DNA from: Octopus vulgaris
Taxonomy: Eukaryota
Direction: 5' to 3'
Assembly (NCBI GenBank): GCA_951406725.2
Contig: OX597815.1
Span: 1,178,001-1,242,000 of the forward strand
Length of the DNA stretch: 64,000 nt
Shown: piece after piece, positions 25,652-40,510 of the stretch
Layout of the letters: each line of letters starts with the position of its first letter
Numbering within the stretch: position 1 is the first letter of the stretch
Translations under genes and position numbers: made by a program
Notes under the pieces: model-generated
Told to the model about the DNA's origin: nothing
Database searches by the model: none
The model's input: only the letters and a program-made list of their open reading frames with translations

Positions 25652-25865
25652 TTGTGTGTCTGTGTTTGTCCCCCTAGCATTGCTTGACAACCGATGCTGG
25701 TGTGTTTACGTCCCCGTCAATTAGCGGTTCGGCAAAAGCGACCGATAGAATAAGTACTGGGCTTACAAAGAATAAGTCCCGGGGTCGATTTGCTCGACTA
25801 AAGGCGGTGCTCCAGCATGGCCGCAGTCAAATGACTGAAACAAGTAAAAGAGTAAAAGAGTAAAG
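25422..25865 (+). mobile_element. Full-length SINE family A (reference copy; compare octopus OK/OR1/OR2 SINEs)
   Basis: Pol III A box TGGCTGTGTGG, B-box-like GGTTCAGTCCC, central TA/TG tract, (AGTAAAAG)n tail. Confidence 0.9.
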
Positions 25866-26122
25866 TCTTTTTCCAGTGGCAACCAACGTCTTTTTTTTTT
25901 CAACAGATCTTGCTGTGTATGGAAAAACCATTTCTAAACTATCAAGTTTATAAGCTGTTGTTGTACTGGAACTAGGCCCTGTCCCATTAGGACCCCGCCC
26001 CAAGACAGCGACTTCAACACACTCAATGTCCCCTGTTTTTAAAAATAATTCTTTGATGATATTTACATTACTTGTTTTGTTGAAACTCGTGGAATATCAC
26101 CACAGACTAACTCAGCTTCGTA

Positions 26123-26523
26123 TCTTTATCTATAAAAGTGAGGTTGTGTGCTGTCTGTCTCCTACGATTTAGATTCCTAACTACTCCCACATTTTGCGGT
26201 GCAGTTTAACCAAAACCGGGTATCTTATAGTCGTGATTCATATCGAGCCCTTCTGGGTATTAACGCGCGTCTACGTTGAGTCTACGATTTAAAACAAATT
26301 TACCATAATTTTTTTCCATTTTAATGCATTTTTTCGCTATTATATAAGGGAAGTAACTCTCTAAAAATGTCTACGGTGAGTGAACGATTTAAAAAAAAAA
26401 TTACCATAATTTTTTTTTCCATTTTTAATGCATTTTTTTGCTACTTTTTGGCTATAACACTCTAAAAATGCTTATATAGTTATTTCCCTTACAAACCCGA
26501 GCAACGCCGGGCGATACTGTTAG
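26123..26523 (+). mobile_element. Non-autonomous Helitron
   Basis: A|TC start, 3' CCCGAGCAACGCCGGGCGATACTGTTAG|T; related to 4722-5227. Confidence 0.85.
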
Positions 26524-26834
26524 TTCTAAATAAAACACACACACACACGTTACTAAGCCAAACAACAGCAACTCTTCGCAGACATCACTTTCCACTTTTA
26601 GCGATTTCAGTCACTGGCAAACAACCTTCCGTCCGTCTCCCAGCTTCCCTCATACCATCCACCATCCACCATCCACCATTTACCATCACAACAGTTGAAC
26701 ATCAATGAAGAAAGTAAAATCGTTTTTACAAGCTTTAAAGAATTAAAAAAAACAAAGACCCAAACCAACCTGATATGGGTTTCAGAAAGAAATAAATGAT
26801 GGATTTGGGGATTTAAACAAAACCACCACCGCCA

Positions 26835-26950
26835 CAGAGGAGTAGGGGCCGAAACCGGACGTGGTTCCTCCTGATGATGTCTTGAGCTAACTGGATCCTA
26901 TAAAGGAGCTGTTGTGGTAGCAGACCACGAAACACGGTTGAAATTCCTTA
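26835..26950 (+). repeat. Penelope-like terminal repeat, copy 2
   Basis: Near-identical to the reverse complement of 14440-14550. Confidence 0.7.
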
Positions 26951-26999
26951 AAAATATAACAGGATTGTTTCAACATGGAATAGTTATGAGGATCCACTC

Positions 27000-27280
27000 A
27001 ACTGAAATACAAATAAAAGTAGGTTGACAGGCACAGTTCTAAAAGTGCCAGACAGATGAGAGAAAGACAAAATGACAAATGCATAAGGTGATCCTTTCGT
27101 TGGACCCAACACTCAAAGAGCCATAAAGGAATGTAAAAACGCAAAAGCCTCAGGACCAAACCAAAGTCATAACAGAAACAGCCAGGATCTGAATAAATGA
27201 TTGTATTCCCTAATCTAGCAAACATCTACTTGGACCAACGCTGTTAAATTCCCGGCATCAGGAGTCTGGAAAGAAATGAT
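27000..27280 (+). mobile_element. Degenerate LINE ORF2 fragment
   Basis: TQRAIKECKNAKASGPN resembles the K(A)xGPD motif preceding the RT domain. Confidence 0.5.
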
Positions 27281-27601
27281 AACAACTCAACAGTCCCAGG
27301 ATGAAAGGCAAAGTCAACCTCGGCGGGATGTGTGACTCATAACGTAGCGACGGGCGAAATATCGCTAAGCATTTCTCCCGGCGCACAAACGCTTCTGTCT
27401 GCTCACCGCCTTGCCAATACAACTGATAATAAATGACGATGACGATGATGATGATAATTAAATAAGTATACAAATACATATGCAAGTAGATATTTCCTGA
27501 TTCTTGCAACAACACGTGACAGAATGGCCACGCGCCAGTCTGAAAACTAATCCGAAAATGATGACAGCAAGTTCTGTTCTCTCTCCGCTCTGTGTGCGTG
27601 C

Positions 27602-27646
<45 letters not shown>

Positions 27647-27653
27647 TATATAA

Positions 27654-27735
<82 letters not shown>

Positions 27736-28970
27736 AACTGTCAGTTATACAAGTGCAGTCAGTGTGTAGGTGTTTTAAAAGTGTCTTCTGTTCTAGAAAC
27801 ATCGTCGGGTTTTATGGAGAACGATGGATAAGAGAGGAGATAGTTCTAGAAAGACTTTATCAAAGTTTGATGTTCGAGAGAGATAAAAAAAAAGCCGGCT
27901 CTCATCGCTGTTGGACAAGGATTGCATCTGAAAGCACACACGCCCTCACGTCCGTTTGAAACCGGCCTGAAATAGCAGCCAATTTTCTCTTAGATTTCCT
28001 TTTTTAAAAAGAGAACATTTCATAACGTAGCGTGGGTATGCCACATCTAAAAAAATAAATGGAATGGTCGCAGATGGAATGGGACCATATGGATTAGGGA
28101 TGTCCTCATACTAAACAGCAACATTAACCCCGTTGGCGTACAAATACAGGATATTACTCTTCATGTCACACTTTCCTTTCTCTCTCTCTCTCTCTCTTTC
28201 TTGTACACACATTTTAGTAGCGTGTGTGTGTATGTGTGTGTGTGTGACTAAGAACTTGTAACGTTAGTTCGTCCTTTTTTCTCGAAGATGCGAGGCTCTT
28301 TTGCACAGGTTGCCCTTGTCATTTTGTACCCAAACCCAACAATTAGTGGAAATAACTGATACACGGGATAGTGAAAAAGTTTCAACGTGTTCACTCAGTT
28401 TTCTAGAAATAATAGCCAAATCTTCCTCACTTTATATTTTACAGCAGGAAGGACACATTACAGAATATGGTCCTAGATGTTCTGTCTAGAATAAATTGTG
28501 GAGAGAGAGGTCATAACTGGAACGTCTATTATACCAGATCTATTCGTAGTTTGTTTAGTATACCTCTGTGAGGAAGAGTTACCTGGTGGTGGTGGTATTT
28601 AACAGGGTGACAGGGATCGCTCTTCGGACGGCTTCCACGCGCTTTTTATCTACCGAATTCCATTTACAAAACTTTGCTAGTATTTGCTTGATCGTAGTAA
28701 TTAGAAATAAGAGGTGAAAGGAGAGATAAGGGGCTGCCTTCTTCAGACCCTACATTTACGGTAGAGCATTTCAATATATTTATTGAGTGAGAGAGCAGCA
28801 GTGCATGCCATCAAAATGACACTGGGGTACAAATGTACGAAGCCCAATATACTCATCTGATAAGGGTACACCAGGCACGTGATTCACAACCATATGTGCG
28901 CGACATGGTGATCTCATATCAAGATACACAGCGCATGGCCTTGCAGGTGGGGCCCAGTTAGAGTTTTCTT

Positions 28971-29072
28971 CAGGTCGAGTAGAACATCCCACTCAAAAAG
29001 TCTTTGAGTAAGGTTTCTTTAACTTAGATCCAAGGCTCCGTCATTGAAATCTGACCATCAACAGGGTATTTT

Positions 29073-29104
<32 letters not shown>

Positions 29105-30416
29105 TGTATGTATGTATGTATGTATGTATGTATGTACGTATGCATGTATGTATGTATGTATATATGTATGTAAGCATGTATGTATGTATGCATGCATGCA
29201 TGTATGCATGTATGTATGTATGTATGTATGTGTGTATGTGTGTATGTATGTATGTGTGTATGTATGTATGTATGTATGTATGTATGTATGTATGTATGTA
29301 TGCATGCATGTATGTATGTATGTATGTATGCATGCATGCATGTATGCATGTATGTATGTATGTATGTGTGTATGTGTGTATGTATGTATGTATGTATGTA
29401 TGTATGTATGTATGTATGTATGTATGTATGTATGTATGTATGTATGTATGCATGCATGTATGTATGTATGTATGCATGCATGCATGTATGTATGTATGTA
29501 TGTATGTATGTATGTATGTATGCATGCATGCATGTATGTATGTATGTATGTATGTATGTATGTATGTATGTATGTGTGTATGTGTGTATGTATGTATGTA
29601 TGTATGTATGTATGTGTGTATGTGTGTATGTGTGTATGTATGTATGTATGTATGTATGTATGTATGTATGTATGTATGTATGTATGTATGTATGTATGTA
29701 TGTATGTATGTATGTATGTATGTATGTATGTATGCATGCATGTATGTATGTATGTATGTATGTATGTATGTATGTATGTGTGTATGTATGTATGTATGTA
29801 TGTATGTATGTATGTGTGTGTCTATGTGTGTATGTATGTATGTATGTATGTATGTATGCATGTATGTATGTATGTATGTATGTGTGTATGTGTGTATGTA
29901 TGTATGTATGTATGTATGTATGTATGTATGTATGTATGTATGTATGTATGTATGTATGTATGTATGTATGTATGTATGTATGTATGTATGTATGTATGTA
30001 TGTATGCATGCATGCATGTATGTATGTATGTATGTATGTATGTATGTATGTATGTATGTATGTATGTATGCATGCATGTATGCATGTATGTATGTATGTA
30101 TGTATGTGTGTATGTATGTATGTATGTATGTATGTATGTATGTATGTATGTATGTATGTATGTATGTATGTATGTATGTGTGCATGCATGTGTGTGTATG
30201 TATGTATGTATGTATGTGTGTGTATGTGTGTATGTATGTATGTGTGTATGTGTGTATGTATGTATGTATGTATGTGTGTGTCTATGTGTGTATGTATGTA
30301 TGTATGTATGTATGCAGGTCGAGTAGAACATCCCACTCAAAAAGTCTTTGAGTAAGGTTTCTTTAACTTAGATCCAAGGCTCCGTCATTGAAATCTGACC
30401 ATCAACAGGGTATTTT

Positions 30417-30448
<32 letters not shown>

Positions 30449-31615
30449 TGTATGTATGTATGTATGTATGTTGTATGTATGTACGTATGCATGTATGTAT
30501 GTATGTATGTATGTATGTAAGCATGTATGTATGTATGCATGCATGCATGTATGCATGTATGTATGTATGTATGTATGTATGTATGTATGTATGTATGTAT
30601 GTGTGTATGTATGTATGTATGTATGTATGTATGTATGCATGTATGTATGTATGCATGCATGTATGTATGTATGTATGCATGCATGCATGCATGTATGCAT
30701 GTATGTATGTATGTATGTGTGTATGTGTGTATGCATGTATGTGTGTATGTATGTATGTATGTATGTATGTATGTATGTATGTATGCATGCATGTATGTAT
30801 GTATGTATGCATGCATGCATGTATGTATGTATGTATGTATGTATGTATGTATGTATGTATGCATGCATGCATGTATGTATGTATGTATGTATGTATGTAT
30901 GTATGTATGTATGTGTGTATGTGTGTATGTATGTATGTATGTATGTATGTATGTGTGTATGTGTGTATGTGTGTATGTATGTATGTATGTATGTATGTAT
31001 GTATGTATGTATGTATGTATGTATGTATGTGCATGTATGTATGTATGTATGTATGTATGTATGTATGTGTGTATGTATGTATGTATGTATGTATGTGTGT
31101 GTCTATGTGTGTATGTATGTATGTATGTATGTATGTATGCATGTATGTATGTATGTATGTATGTGTGTATGTGTGTATGTATGTATGTATGTATGTATGT
31201 ATGTATGTATGTATGTATGTATGTATGTATGTATGTGTGTATGTATGTATGTATGTATGTATGTATGTATGTATGCATGCATGTATGTATGTATGTATGC
31301 ATGCATGCATGTATGCATGTATGTATGTATGTATGTATGTGTGTATGTATGTATGTATGTATGTATGTATGTATGTATGCATGTATGTATGTATGTATGT
31401 ATGTGTGTGTCTATGTGTGTATGTATGTATGTATGTATGTATGCATGTATGCATGCATGTATGCATGTATGTATGTATGTATGTATGTGTGTATGTATGT
31501 ATGTATGTCTATATGTATGTATGTATGTATGTATGTGTGTGTCTATGTGTGTATGTATGTATGTATGTATGTGTGTATGTATGTATGTATGAATGTATGT
31601 ATGTATGTATGTATG
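28971..31615. repeat. Tandem duplication (1344 bp offset): ~105 bp unique spacer plus ~1.2 kb (TATG)n array, two copies
   Basis: CAGGTCGAGTAGAACATCCC...GGGTATTTTTA identical at 28971 and 30315. Confidence 0.95.
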
Positions 31616-31641
31616 CAGTCAGTCAGGCAGTCGGACAAGCA

Positions 31642-31806
31642 TTATAGTGCAAGATTGATTATTCTTTTCCGAACTTGGTAGTGTCTGTTTGTGCCAGAGC
31701 ACCTTTCACGAAACTTATCTACCGAGTTCTGTAGAGCGTCCGAGTCGATTCTGTTTTGAGGTTCAGTATTCCAGTTTTTTATAACCCTGGGTGAATCTTC
31801 TAGAAC
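31642..31806 (-). CDS. Possible terminal exon of a minus-strand gene
   Basis: Acceptor TTTTGCATTTTCAAAG|; phase 0 open for 54 codons VLEDSPRVIKNWNTEPQNRIDSDALQNSVDKFRERC...; no partner exon found. Confidence 0.22.
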   Translation of the reverse strand, partial: VLEDSPRVIKNWNTEPQNRIDSDALQNSVDKFRERCSGTNRHYQVRKRIINLAL

Positions 31807-32246
31807 CTTTGAAAATGCAAAATGTGGCAGGAATTTCACACAACTTTTCTTTCAAGCGTTACTGATTAAATGGCGGTCGAAGCTGATTGGTCGTAAAATA
31901 TTTACGTTGGTGTTCACGCCTTTTACGGTGATGTAGTTGAAGACACATTAAATAACACAGTTCCTGAGAGAGAAAGAGAGAGAGATAGCTCGGTTTCATT
32001 CAGAACGTCTTTGACCCTGAGTCTACTGATCATAAAACTTTGGCGAAGAACAACCAGGAACTAAACAGCTACAATACCAGAACAACAAACGTTGAAGCAA
32101 ATAGAAATTGAACTTAGTGTGAACGGACGTAGCTAAATACCGGAAGTGATTATATTCGGAACTTGAAGTATTGTAACTACATGCGGAAGACATTTTGTCT
32201 GTCAGCCATCACGCTATTTAAAAAAAAAACCCCAAAAAAACAACAA

Positions 32247-32340
<94 letters not shown>

Positions 32341-32341
<1 letters not shown>

Positions 32342-32509
32342 GTGTAGGAGTGGCTGTGTGGTAAGTGGCTTGCTTACCAACCACATGGTTCCGGGTTCAG
32401 TCCCACTGCGTGGCACCTTGGGCAAATGTCTTCTACTATAGCCCCGGGCCGACCAAACAAAGCCATGTGAGTGGATTTGGTAGACGGAAACTGAAAGAAG
32501 CCCGTCGTA

Positions 32510-32548
<39 letters not shown>

Positions 32549-32782
32549 TCATCATCATTTAACGTCCGTTTTCCATGATAGCATGGGTTGGACGGCTATA
32601 TATATATATATATATATATATGTATGAATGTATGTATGTATGTATGTATGTATGTTTGTGTGTCTGTGTTAGTCACCCGAACACTAGGCTCACAAAGAAT
32701 AAGTCCTGGGATCGATTTGCTCGACTAAAGGCGGTGCTCCAGCATGGCCACAGTCAAATGACTGAAACAAGAGTAAAGAGTA
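32341..32782 (+). mobile_element. SINE family A with an inverted RTE-type tail inserted in its central tract
   Basis: Family head and tail; CATCATTTAACGTCCGTTTTCC at 32545-32597. Confidence 0.85.
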
Positions 32783-32806
32783 TATAATGACAACAACAAC
32801 AACAAC

Positions 32807-32861
<55 letters not shown>

Positions 32862-33631
32862 AAGAGAAGACGTTCAGCGACATTCTGTAGATCTTGATAT
32901 TTCTGCAGTTGATAAAAATGAAGTTAATGGCTGTTTTGCAGAAACGCGTCCTGCGTCTATTTACAGAACTATTTAACCCGCTCCACGCTACCTTTCTAAG
33001 CATTCACCATTGTCGTCGTTGTTTTGATTACGCTGGCATTTACGAAATGTCTGCCGATTCATTTAGCATAATGTTACATCCCGAACAGTGGCGACACAAC
33101 ATTAGTTAACAAAGCAGCTGGCGCTTTTTCAAAACTTGGCGATTTCTGTTAAACATGAAATGTTCTTTTATTACGCATCGCTTGATGTTTAAAAGATTTC
33201 ACTGTCACCCGCCGTTCCAGTCACCTCTTCTCTTAGAAATTCAGCAGGATTTTGGTCAGAGATGCTGTAATTGTTACAGAGTGACCAGCAGAACAAAATA
33301 CTTACTGCAATACCGTCTTCTTACATATGGATGATATATAAAAAAGGATTTTTAATTTCAATAGTACAAAAACAAAAGAAAAAAATAAGCAAGAAAAAAA
33401 CCCCAAAACTATCCTTTGCTACAGAAGGCAAAGCGTGCTAAAATAAGTCTTCTATCATCATTTCATTCTGACGACGATGCTGAGGTAGCTGGGAAATGAG
33501 AAATCGCAGAATGGAGTATGCAGGTGATATGAAAAAGATCAAACGGAAACATAGTCGCTTCTTTATTACAACACACACACACACAGAGGTTTAAGCGCAT
33601 GGGTATGTAAGTGTAATATATATATATATAT

Positions 33632-33829
33632 AGTTAATCCAAACAAGAAAACACAAAAAAAACACAACAACGCGAGGATGTGGAACAAATAAAGTATTAT
33701 TGGACGCTCAGGAAAGAAGGGAAGAAGGAAGGTATGACGTTTCGAGCGGAGCTCTTCGTCGGAAACATAGGAGAAGGAAAGATCCCGAGAAGGGAAGACA
33801 GAGGGGAAAAAAATCGCTGGCGGTACTCA

Positions 33830-33830
<1 letters not shown>
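33632..33830 (-). mobile_element. Penelope-like terminal repeat with minimal hammerhead motif (33732-33766)
   Basis: Minus: GUUU-CCGACGA-A-GAGCUCCGCUC-GAAA-CG-UC-AUAC; same family as 5245-5440. Confidence 0.6.
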
Positions 33831-33869
<39 letters not shown>

Positions 33870-33942
33870 CAATTTAACAAATAAAACATATGCATACATA
33901 CATACATATATGTACATACCTACATCTATATGTATATATACA

Positions 33943-34116
<174 letters not shown>

Positions 34117-34152
34117 TGTAGGTATGTACATATATGTTTTTTTTTTCGTGAA

Positions 34153-34219
<67 letters not shown>

Positions 34220-34974
34220 AAATTAAAAAAAGAAAAATACGCACACTTACATAGTTTTAATATAATTTTTAATATATCGACCGGTTTTGCTATCGCTATT
34301 CATGATATTATTGTTTTACTTATTTGAATATATATTTTTTCTTAAGAAGAAATTTTGTCCATGTTGTGTGTGACGATATTCACGAGTGAATGACTTCACA
34401 AGTAGATAAATAAAGGTAGCAAATTGGTTGTTGTTATTATTGTTATTGTTGTGGATAAGGGAGATAACTGTTCAGCTTTCGGTAATGGGAGGGGAATATA
34501 TATGTGTAAAGACAGAGACAAGTTTCAAAAATCTTGTTTAGTAGGGGGTTTATGTACAGTGATGTAATCGTGAATTGAAATATGTAAAAAGATAAAAGTT
34601 GGTTATGCGTGCATATTAAGACGTGTTTTGTATTTTTCGATGAAAAAAATTTCTTTATTTAAACGTTCTAGTTGAGAGATTGTCTTTGCACTGGTAGAAA
34701 GGGAAGACTGTGAAATTTGGTTTGATGTTATCTGCACATTTTTCCATATGTTCACTGAGAGGAATTTGTATTGCGGAAAACAAATTTGCTCTTTATATAG
34801 AGTGGTTCTCTTTCTCAAGGTCATACTCGTTTGTCCAATATAGTTGTGTCCGCAACCCGAGCAGTTTATTACATAAATTAGATTCTCAGAGGCACAAGTG
34901 AAACTAGTTTTAATTGTGAACCTCTGTCCTTGTTTGAAAAGGAAAGCCGAGCCTTCAAGCAGGTTGGGGCAGGT

Positions 34975-35175
34975 TCCACAGTTTTCTAGACATCCTACTG
35001 AAACCCTTGCTGAAATACATCAATATTTTCATTAGAGATGATTTAGACATGCTAGAACACCTACCAAAAAGCAATTAATGAAGAGGCAATATTGGTCACC
35101 CTCGATGTTATCAATCTTTACACCAACATCCCCCATGACTATGGAATAAAAGCAATCAAATTCTGGTTGGAAAAG
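34975..35175 (+). mobile_element. Penelope-like reverse transcriptase fragment
   Basis: FLDILLKPLLKYINIFIRDDLDMLEHLP/INEEAILVTLDVINLYTNIPHDYGIKAIKFWLEK with one frameshift; DVxxLYTNIP is typical of PLE RTs. Confidence 0.85.
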
Positions 35176-35985
35176 TAATGGTAGCCTTAATATACAAATA
35201 AAGAATCCACCATTGCATTGTTGAAATCCTTTCTCCTTGTTCGAGATACATATGAATATGTATGTACGTATGTATGTATGTATGTATGTATGTATGTATG
35301 TATGTATGTATGTATGTATGTATGTATGTATGTATGTATGTATGTATGTATGTATGTATGTATGTATGTATGTATGTATGTTGCACAGTCAATGCTAAGC
35401 CTGCATCGTTACCGACCTTCAAGCGACAGACGTTCGGCTATTCCTACACCGACTGGCCGTAATCAGGTGACACACACACAGAAGTGAATATTGAGAAAAA
35501 AATTCTGAATTTTCTAAGAATTTCTACATTTTTTGGGTAGGGCCAAATTTTATTCTGGAGCTATCTTTAACAACACAAGCAAATTCCATTTCTGAATTTT
35601 ATTCTCCAGACACTGATTTACGAGATCAAAGTTCCATTCATAAATGGAACACGGTTTGAAACCAATTTATCTTTAAATATTCGTCCCACCCTGAAATATA
35701 TTCTTCAGAAATGTGTAAAAATATTTAGAAAATGCTAAAATCTTATTTCTGCTTTTTCTCCTTTTCACGCGTTGTTACTTTTTGCATAAACAAAAATACC
35801 AAAGTTGTTTTCGAAGTCATCTAATCAAAACCGATCGGTGTCTGTAAATAAGAAAATTCTAGAACATCGAAAGCTACTTGATAAGCGGGAAATTTGCCCA
35901 TCGTATTGAACACTTTTTCGCCTAATTGCATTTCATAGCACTGTGAAACCACCAACGAATATATGTGTGTGTATACACACGCATG

Positions 35986-36064
<79 letters not shown>

Positions 36065-37903
36065 TGTGTATGTAACAAAGAAAGGGACAATAAGGACATA
36101 TTAAATATCATACAAGACAAATTCTTGATTTATTGAAATCTTTGCGTTTCAAGAGAAGATAGACAAAATGAGAAGGGGAGATAACCTCAAGAATCAAGAA
36201 TTCTCCAAATCTGACATGCCACCGGGGAAAATTCAGTTTACTTGTCCGGAGACAAGCGAATAGATGTGGAAACATGTTTCTACTGTTGCAGACATCATCA
36301 GCACAATCAGTTGCCCAAACATATATCGAGAAGAATGAGGTTAACTCTTTATAACTAAAATGTTATGCTATCGCCCTACTTATTTGAGGAAGGAGAAATG
36401 CAAATGATAAACTTCTTCATATACAATAACCGAATATATGGCGGAGGGGTTATAGCTGTTTACCATAGAACTGGTCTATTACTGTTGGCCTGTGGCTAAA
36501 ACAATAACAACAACACATAAGTTATTTGCTGCAGATTTTATTTGGTTATGTCTCCTCTTCTAACTCAAAATAAATTTTTATAAATTGAACGTAACTTGTA
36601 TAGTAATGATGGATTGTTAAACTTTACCAGCTATAATCCACAATCAGCTGAAAGGAGGGAAAAGAATTAAAAAATAATTAACTTTGATTATCCACGATTT
36701 AGGTGCTAACACCACAGAGTTAATATTTCAGACGTGATCCTTAATTTCATTTATATAGCCCTGTCTCAAATCTAAGCTGGTGAGCTAGCCACCTCTAAAA
36801 TTCAATTAAGTTTAAGAAATTTTACTTAAATTATTCAGCATTTCTACAATCGAGAAAAAATCTATTCCAATGAGGTCGTAACCAGAAGACATTACACAGA
36901 TCCACTTTTACTCCTTTTAGAAATACAAGAAACAGAAATTGAAAAAGACGTATCTACCGGCATAATCTGCCTTATAATTTTAAATGCTAAAATATATTTC
37001 TTCTCTTCTTACGAAAAATCCTCAGAATAAGTACTGCCGAATATTTAATAAAAAAAACTACTGTTAAATTATCTTGTTTCACTAAATTTCACTGAGCCCA
37101 AAATATAACCTTTTCTAAACTGGCTAGTAAGAATAGCAGTGCATCTAACTAAATCTACTAATTAGATTCCAATTGCTTAGATACGAACACTGTAGATAAG
37201 ATAGTCTAATTCTAGCAATGGATTATTGCCAACGGTTTTAACTTAGGGATTAAGTTATTGTGTTGGTATTAAACTGTTTTTCAGTTGGTTGGAGGAATAA
37301 ACTTTTGAATAGAAGTAGTCAGTCCTAGTTTTATTTTATTTGCTTATGTTACCAAAAATATTCTTATCATATGCTTTTAATTAATCTCTTAAAATTTTCT
37401 AATTTTCTCTCCCCGCTTTCCCTCTCCGTTAACCGCTGCATCTTCTATGATATTCCAACAATAGCTATGAATCAATTTATATTATCGTCTGCTTCATGTT
37501 TATTTTGTTCAAATTACCGCCTGTTTCTTCCATTAACGTATCTTACAAAAGCTTCCCGCCTCTTTAAGGACGTTCTTTTAATTTTCGTTTTTTTATCCCT
37601 TTATTTTTCATTTTTATATACATATATTTGTTTACTTTATTCTTTTCCTACGTTTATTTTTAAAATAATCATTTTGCTCTCTCTGTTTTGACCTAGATAT
37701 AAATAAATACGTAAATCGCTATTTTACGTTTCCACTCGACCTCAGTTGAACAACGGTACGAACCAAAACACGTCCATGTAATGTCTTACTGTGACACAAT
37801 ATACACTCTGCCTATTGTTTTATTAAGTCGAAGACCTGTTGAACTTTATTAGAAAATTGCACTGTGTATATATAAAGGATTGCCCTTTACACACATACAC
37901 ACT

Positions 37904-38024
<121 letters not shown>

Positions 38025-38312
38025 ACATACGGCAACCCCCGATATTGGTACACAATGTCATGACACAGATAAAGAAGCTTAGGCTGAAAAAAAGAGGGTG
38101 ATTGACATCATCACGTCACACCGACACTGTAGACCAATACCGAAGGAATACCGGATAAAGGATAAATCTCCTTCTTGATCCGCCGTAGGATGACTCATCT
38201 TTTGCCTGGTGAGTGGATTGTAGGCAACGGGAAATGAAGTGTCTTGCTTAATCAAGAGCACAATCTTACAATCACGAGTTTCAACACACAAACCACTAAG
38301 CCCACGCGCTGC

Positions 38313-38345
<33 letters not shown>

Positions 38346-38374
38346 TAAATATATAAATATTTGTATATCTTTCT

Positions 38375-38569
38375 TTAATCTTTTACTTGTTTCAGTCATT
38401 TGACTGCGGCCATGCTGGAGCACCGCCTTTAATCGAGCAACTCGACCCCGGGACTTATTCTTTTGTAAGCCCAGTACTTATTATATCGGTCTCTTTTGCT
38501 GAACCGCTAGGTGACGGGGACGTAAACACACCAGCATCGGTTGTCAAGCAATGCTAGGGGGACAAACAC

Positions 38570-38610
<41 letters not shown>

Positions 38611-38772
38611 CGACAGGCTTCTTTCAGTTTCCGTCTACCAAATCCACTCACAAGGCTTTGGTCGGCCCGAGGCTATAGCAGAAGACACCTGCCCAAGGTG
38701 CCACGCAGTGTGACTGAACCCGCAACCATGTGGTTGGTAAAGAAGCTACTTACCACACAGCCACTCCTGCGC
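38375..38772 (-). mobile_element. SINE family A
   Basis: Reverse complement of the family sequence. Confidence 0.9.
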
Positions 38773-38814
38773 CTATATGTTTAAGTCTGTATGTTAAAGT
38801 CTATATGAAATATT

Positions 38815-39213
38815 CTTTTCTACTCTAGGCACAAGGCTCGGAAATTTTGGGGAAGGGGGCCAGTCGATTAGATCGACCCCAGTACACAGCTGGTACTTAA
38901 TTTATCGACCCCCAAAAGGATGAAAGGCAAAGTCGACCTCGGCGGAATTTGGACTCAGAACGTAAAAACAGACGAAATACCTATTTCTTTATTACCCACA
39001 AGGGGCTAAACACAGAGAGGACAAACATGGACAGACAAACGGATTAAGTCGATTAGATCGACCCCAGTGCGTAACTGGTACTTATTTAATCGACCCCGAA
39101 AGGATGAAAGGCAAAGTCGACCTCGGCGGAATTTGAACTCAGAACGTAGCGGCAGACGAAATACCGCTAAGCATTTCGCCCGGCGTGCTAACCACTCTGC
39201 CAGCTTGCCACCT
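38815..39213 (-). mobile_element. SINE family B with tandem partial duplication
   Basis: Family sequence; flanked by degenerate direct repeat AGTCTATAT..ATATT. Confidence 0.85.
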
Positions 39214-39999
39214 TAGTCTATATAATATATTGAGTATGAAAAGCCCTGACGTACAATTCGTATCTGTGGCAGCTCCAGAGAAACAAAAGATGCCACAATT
39301 TTAGTAGCAAGAACAATTATTATCTAAATGAATAATTCGGATAAAAAATGGGAAGGGAGATAACCCTCAAGTTTTAAATGATTAAAATTATTTAAATTTG
39401 AAATATAGTAGGGTGGGGAGTGAGTTTGACTTTTATGAGCAGAAGTAGTCTTGGCCTGGTTCCCTTCGAGATAAATTCTTGCCACTGTTGATAATAATCT
39501 CAGCCATGGACCCCTTTGTCTGCGAATTCTGTGTTAACAGCTGGATATCCTCTCGAATACTAAGCAGCCAACCGTGAAGAAGGAACGGAGCCTGTTTCCG
39601 TTGTGTAAGGTCCATTAGACACTTCCCCAGCCACAACCAGTGGTGTGGAGGTTTCCGCTGAAGTCAGAAGTTTTCTTTCTGAAAAACGCGAGGAATTTTG
39701 TAATTCATGATATAAGGAAGTCTGCAAAGATTAATACATAGGTAGGTAGATGGTAGGTAGGTAGGTAGAAAGAAAGAAATGTAGATAGATAGATAAACAA
39801 CAGGTAGATGGATGGATGGGAGCTTGGTTCGATTCCCAGTTAAGCCAGCCCTTCAAATAAGGTGCCTTTGGAAAATACACGAAAGCCTCAACTCCTTGTT
39901 TTTTCTGTTTCTTTTCTTATTTTAGCTTAAAAACGTAGTTTTCTAAGTTACTGAAGGGAAGGAGACGCACGCACGCACACACACACACACACACACATG

Positions 40000-40043
<44 letters not shown>

Positions 40044-40224
40044 CACGCACATACGCATACACGCACACACACTATTTATCTATTTCTTTACTACCCATAA
40101 GGGGCTAAACACAGAGGGGACAAACAAGGACAGACAAACGGATTAAGTCGATTATATCGACCCCAGTGCGTAACTGGTACTTATTGAATCGACCCCGAAA
40201 GGATGAAAGGCAAAGTAATGGTGA

Positions 40225-40510
40225 ATAGTATTTAAAGGGAAATTCGGCCGGATGGTGTGTCGCCGGCTGACATTCGTTGGCGCTGCTTCGAAGGGGTCAG
40301 AGAAGAAAGAAGGAGAAAGAAGAAACGCACTCAACACCAAAGCCGAAGACACATCCGAAAGGAGGTGGGGTTGCCACGTCGAAAACGGTAGAGGAGTAGG
40401 GGCCGAAACCGGACGTGGTCCCTCCTGATGATGTCTTGAACTAACTGGATCCTATAAAGGAGCTGTTGAGGCGGCAAACCCCGAAACGTGGTTGGAATTC
40501 CTCCATGCGG
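40225..40510 (+). repeat. Penelope-like terminal repeat, copy 3
   Basis: Homologous to the reverse complement of 14440-14705 from TATTTAAAGGG onward. Confidence 0.7.

Noticed and set aside
28971-30420. Repeat-spacer pattern resembling a CRISPR array
   Set aside because: Only two units, the 'spacers' are microsatellite, the context is eukaryotic and no cas genes are present
29041-31681. 300-435 aa ORFs of YVCM/HTYI repeats
   Set aside because: Translations of (TATG)n microsatellite
32894-33109. Non-repetitive 71 aa ORF
   Set aside because: No recognisable motif, codon bias or convincing splice boundaries
36100-37350. AT-rich unique-looking stretch with short open frames
   Set aside because: Stops in all frames and no motif I can support; possibly an old TE
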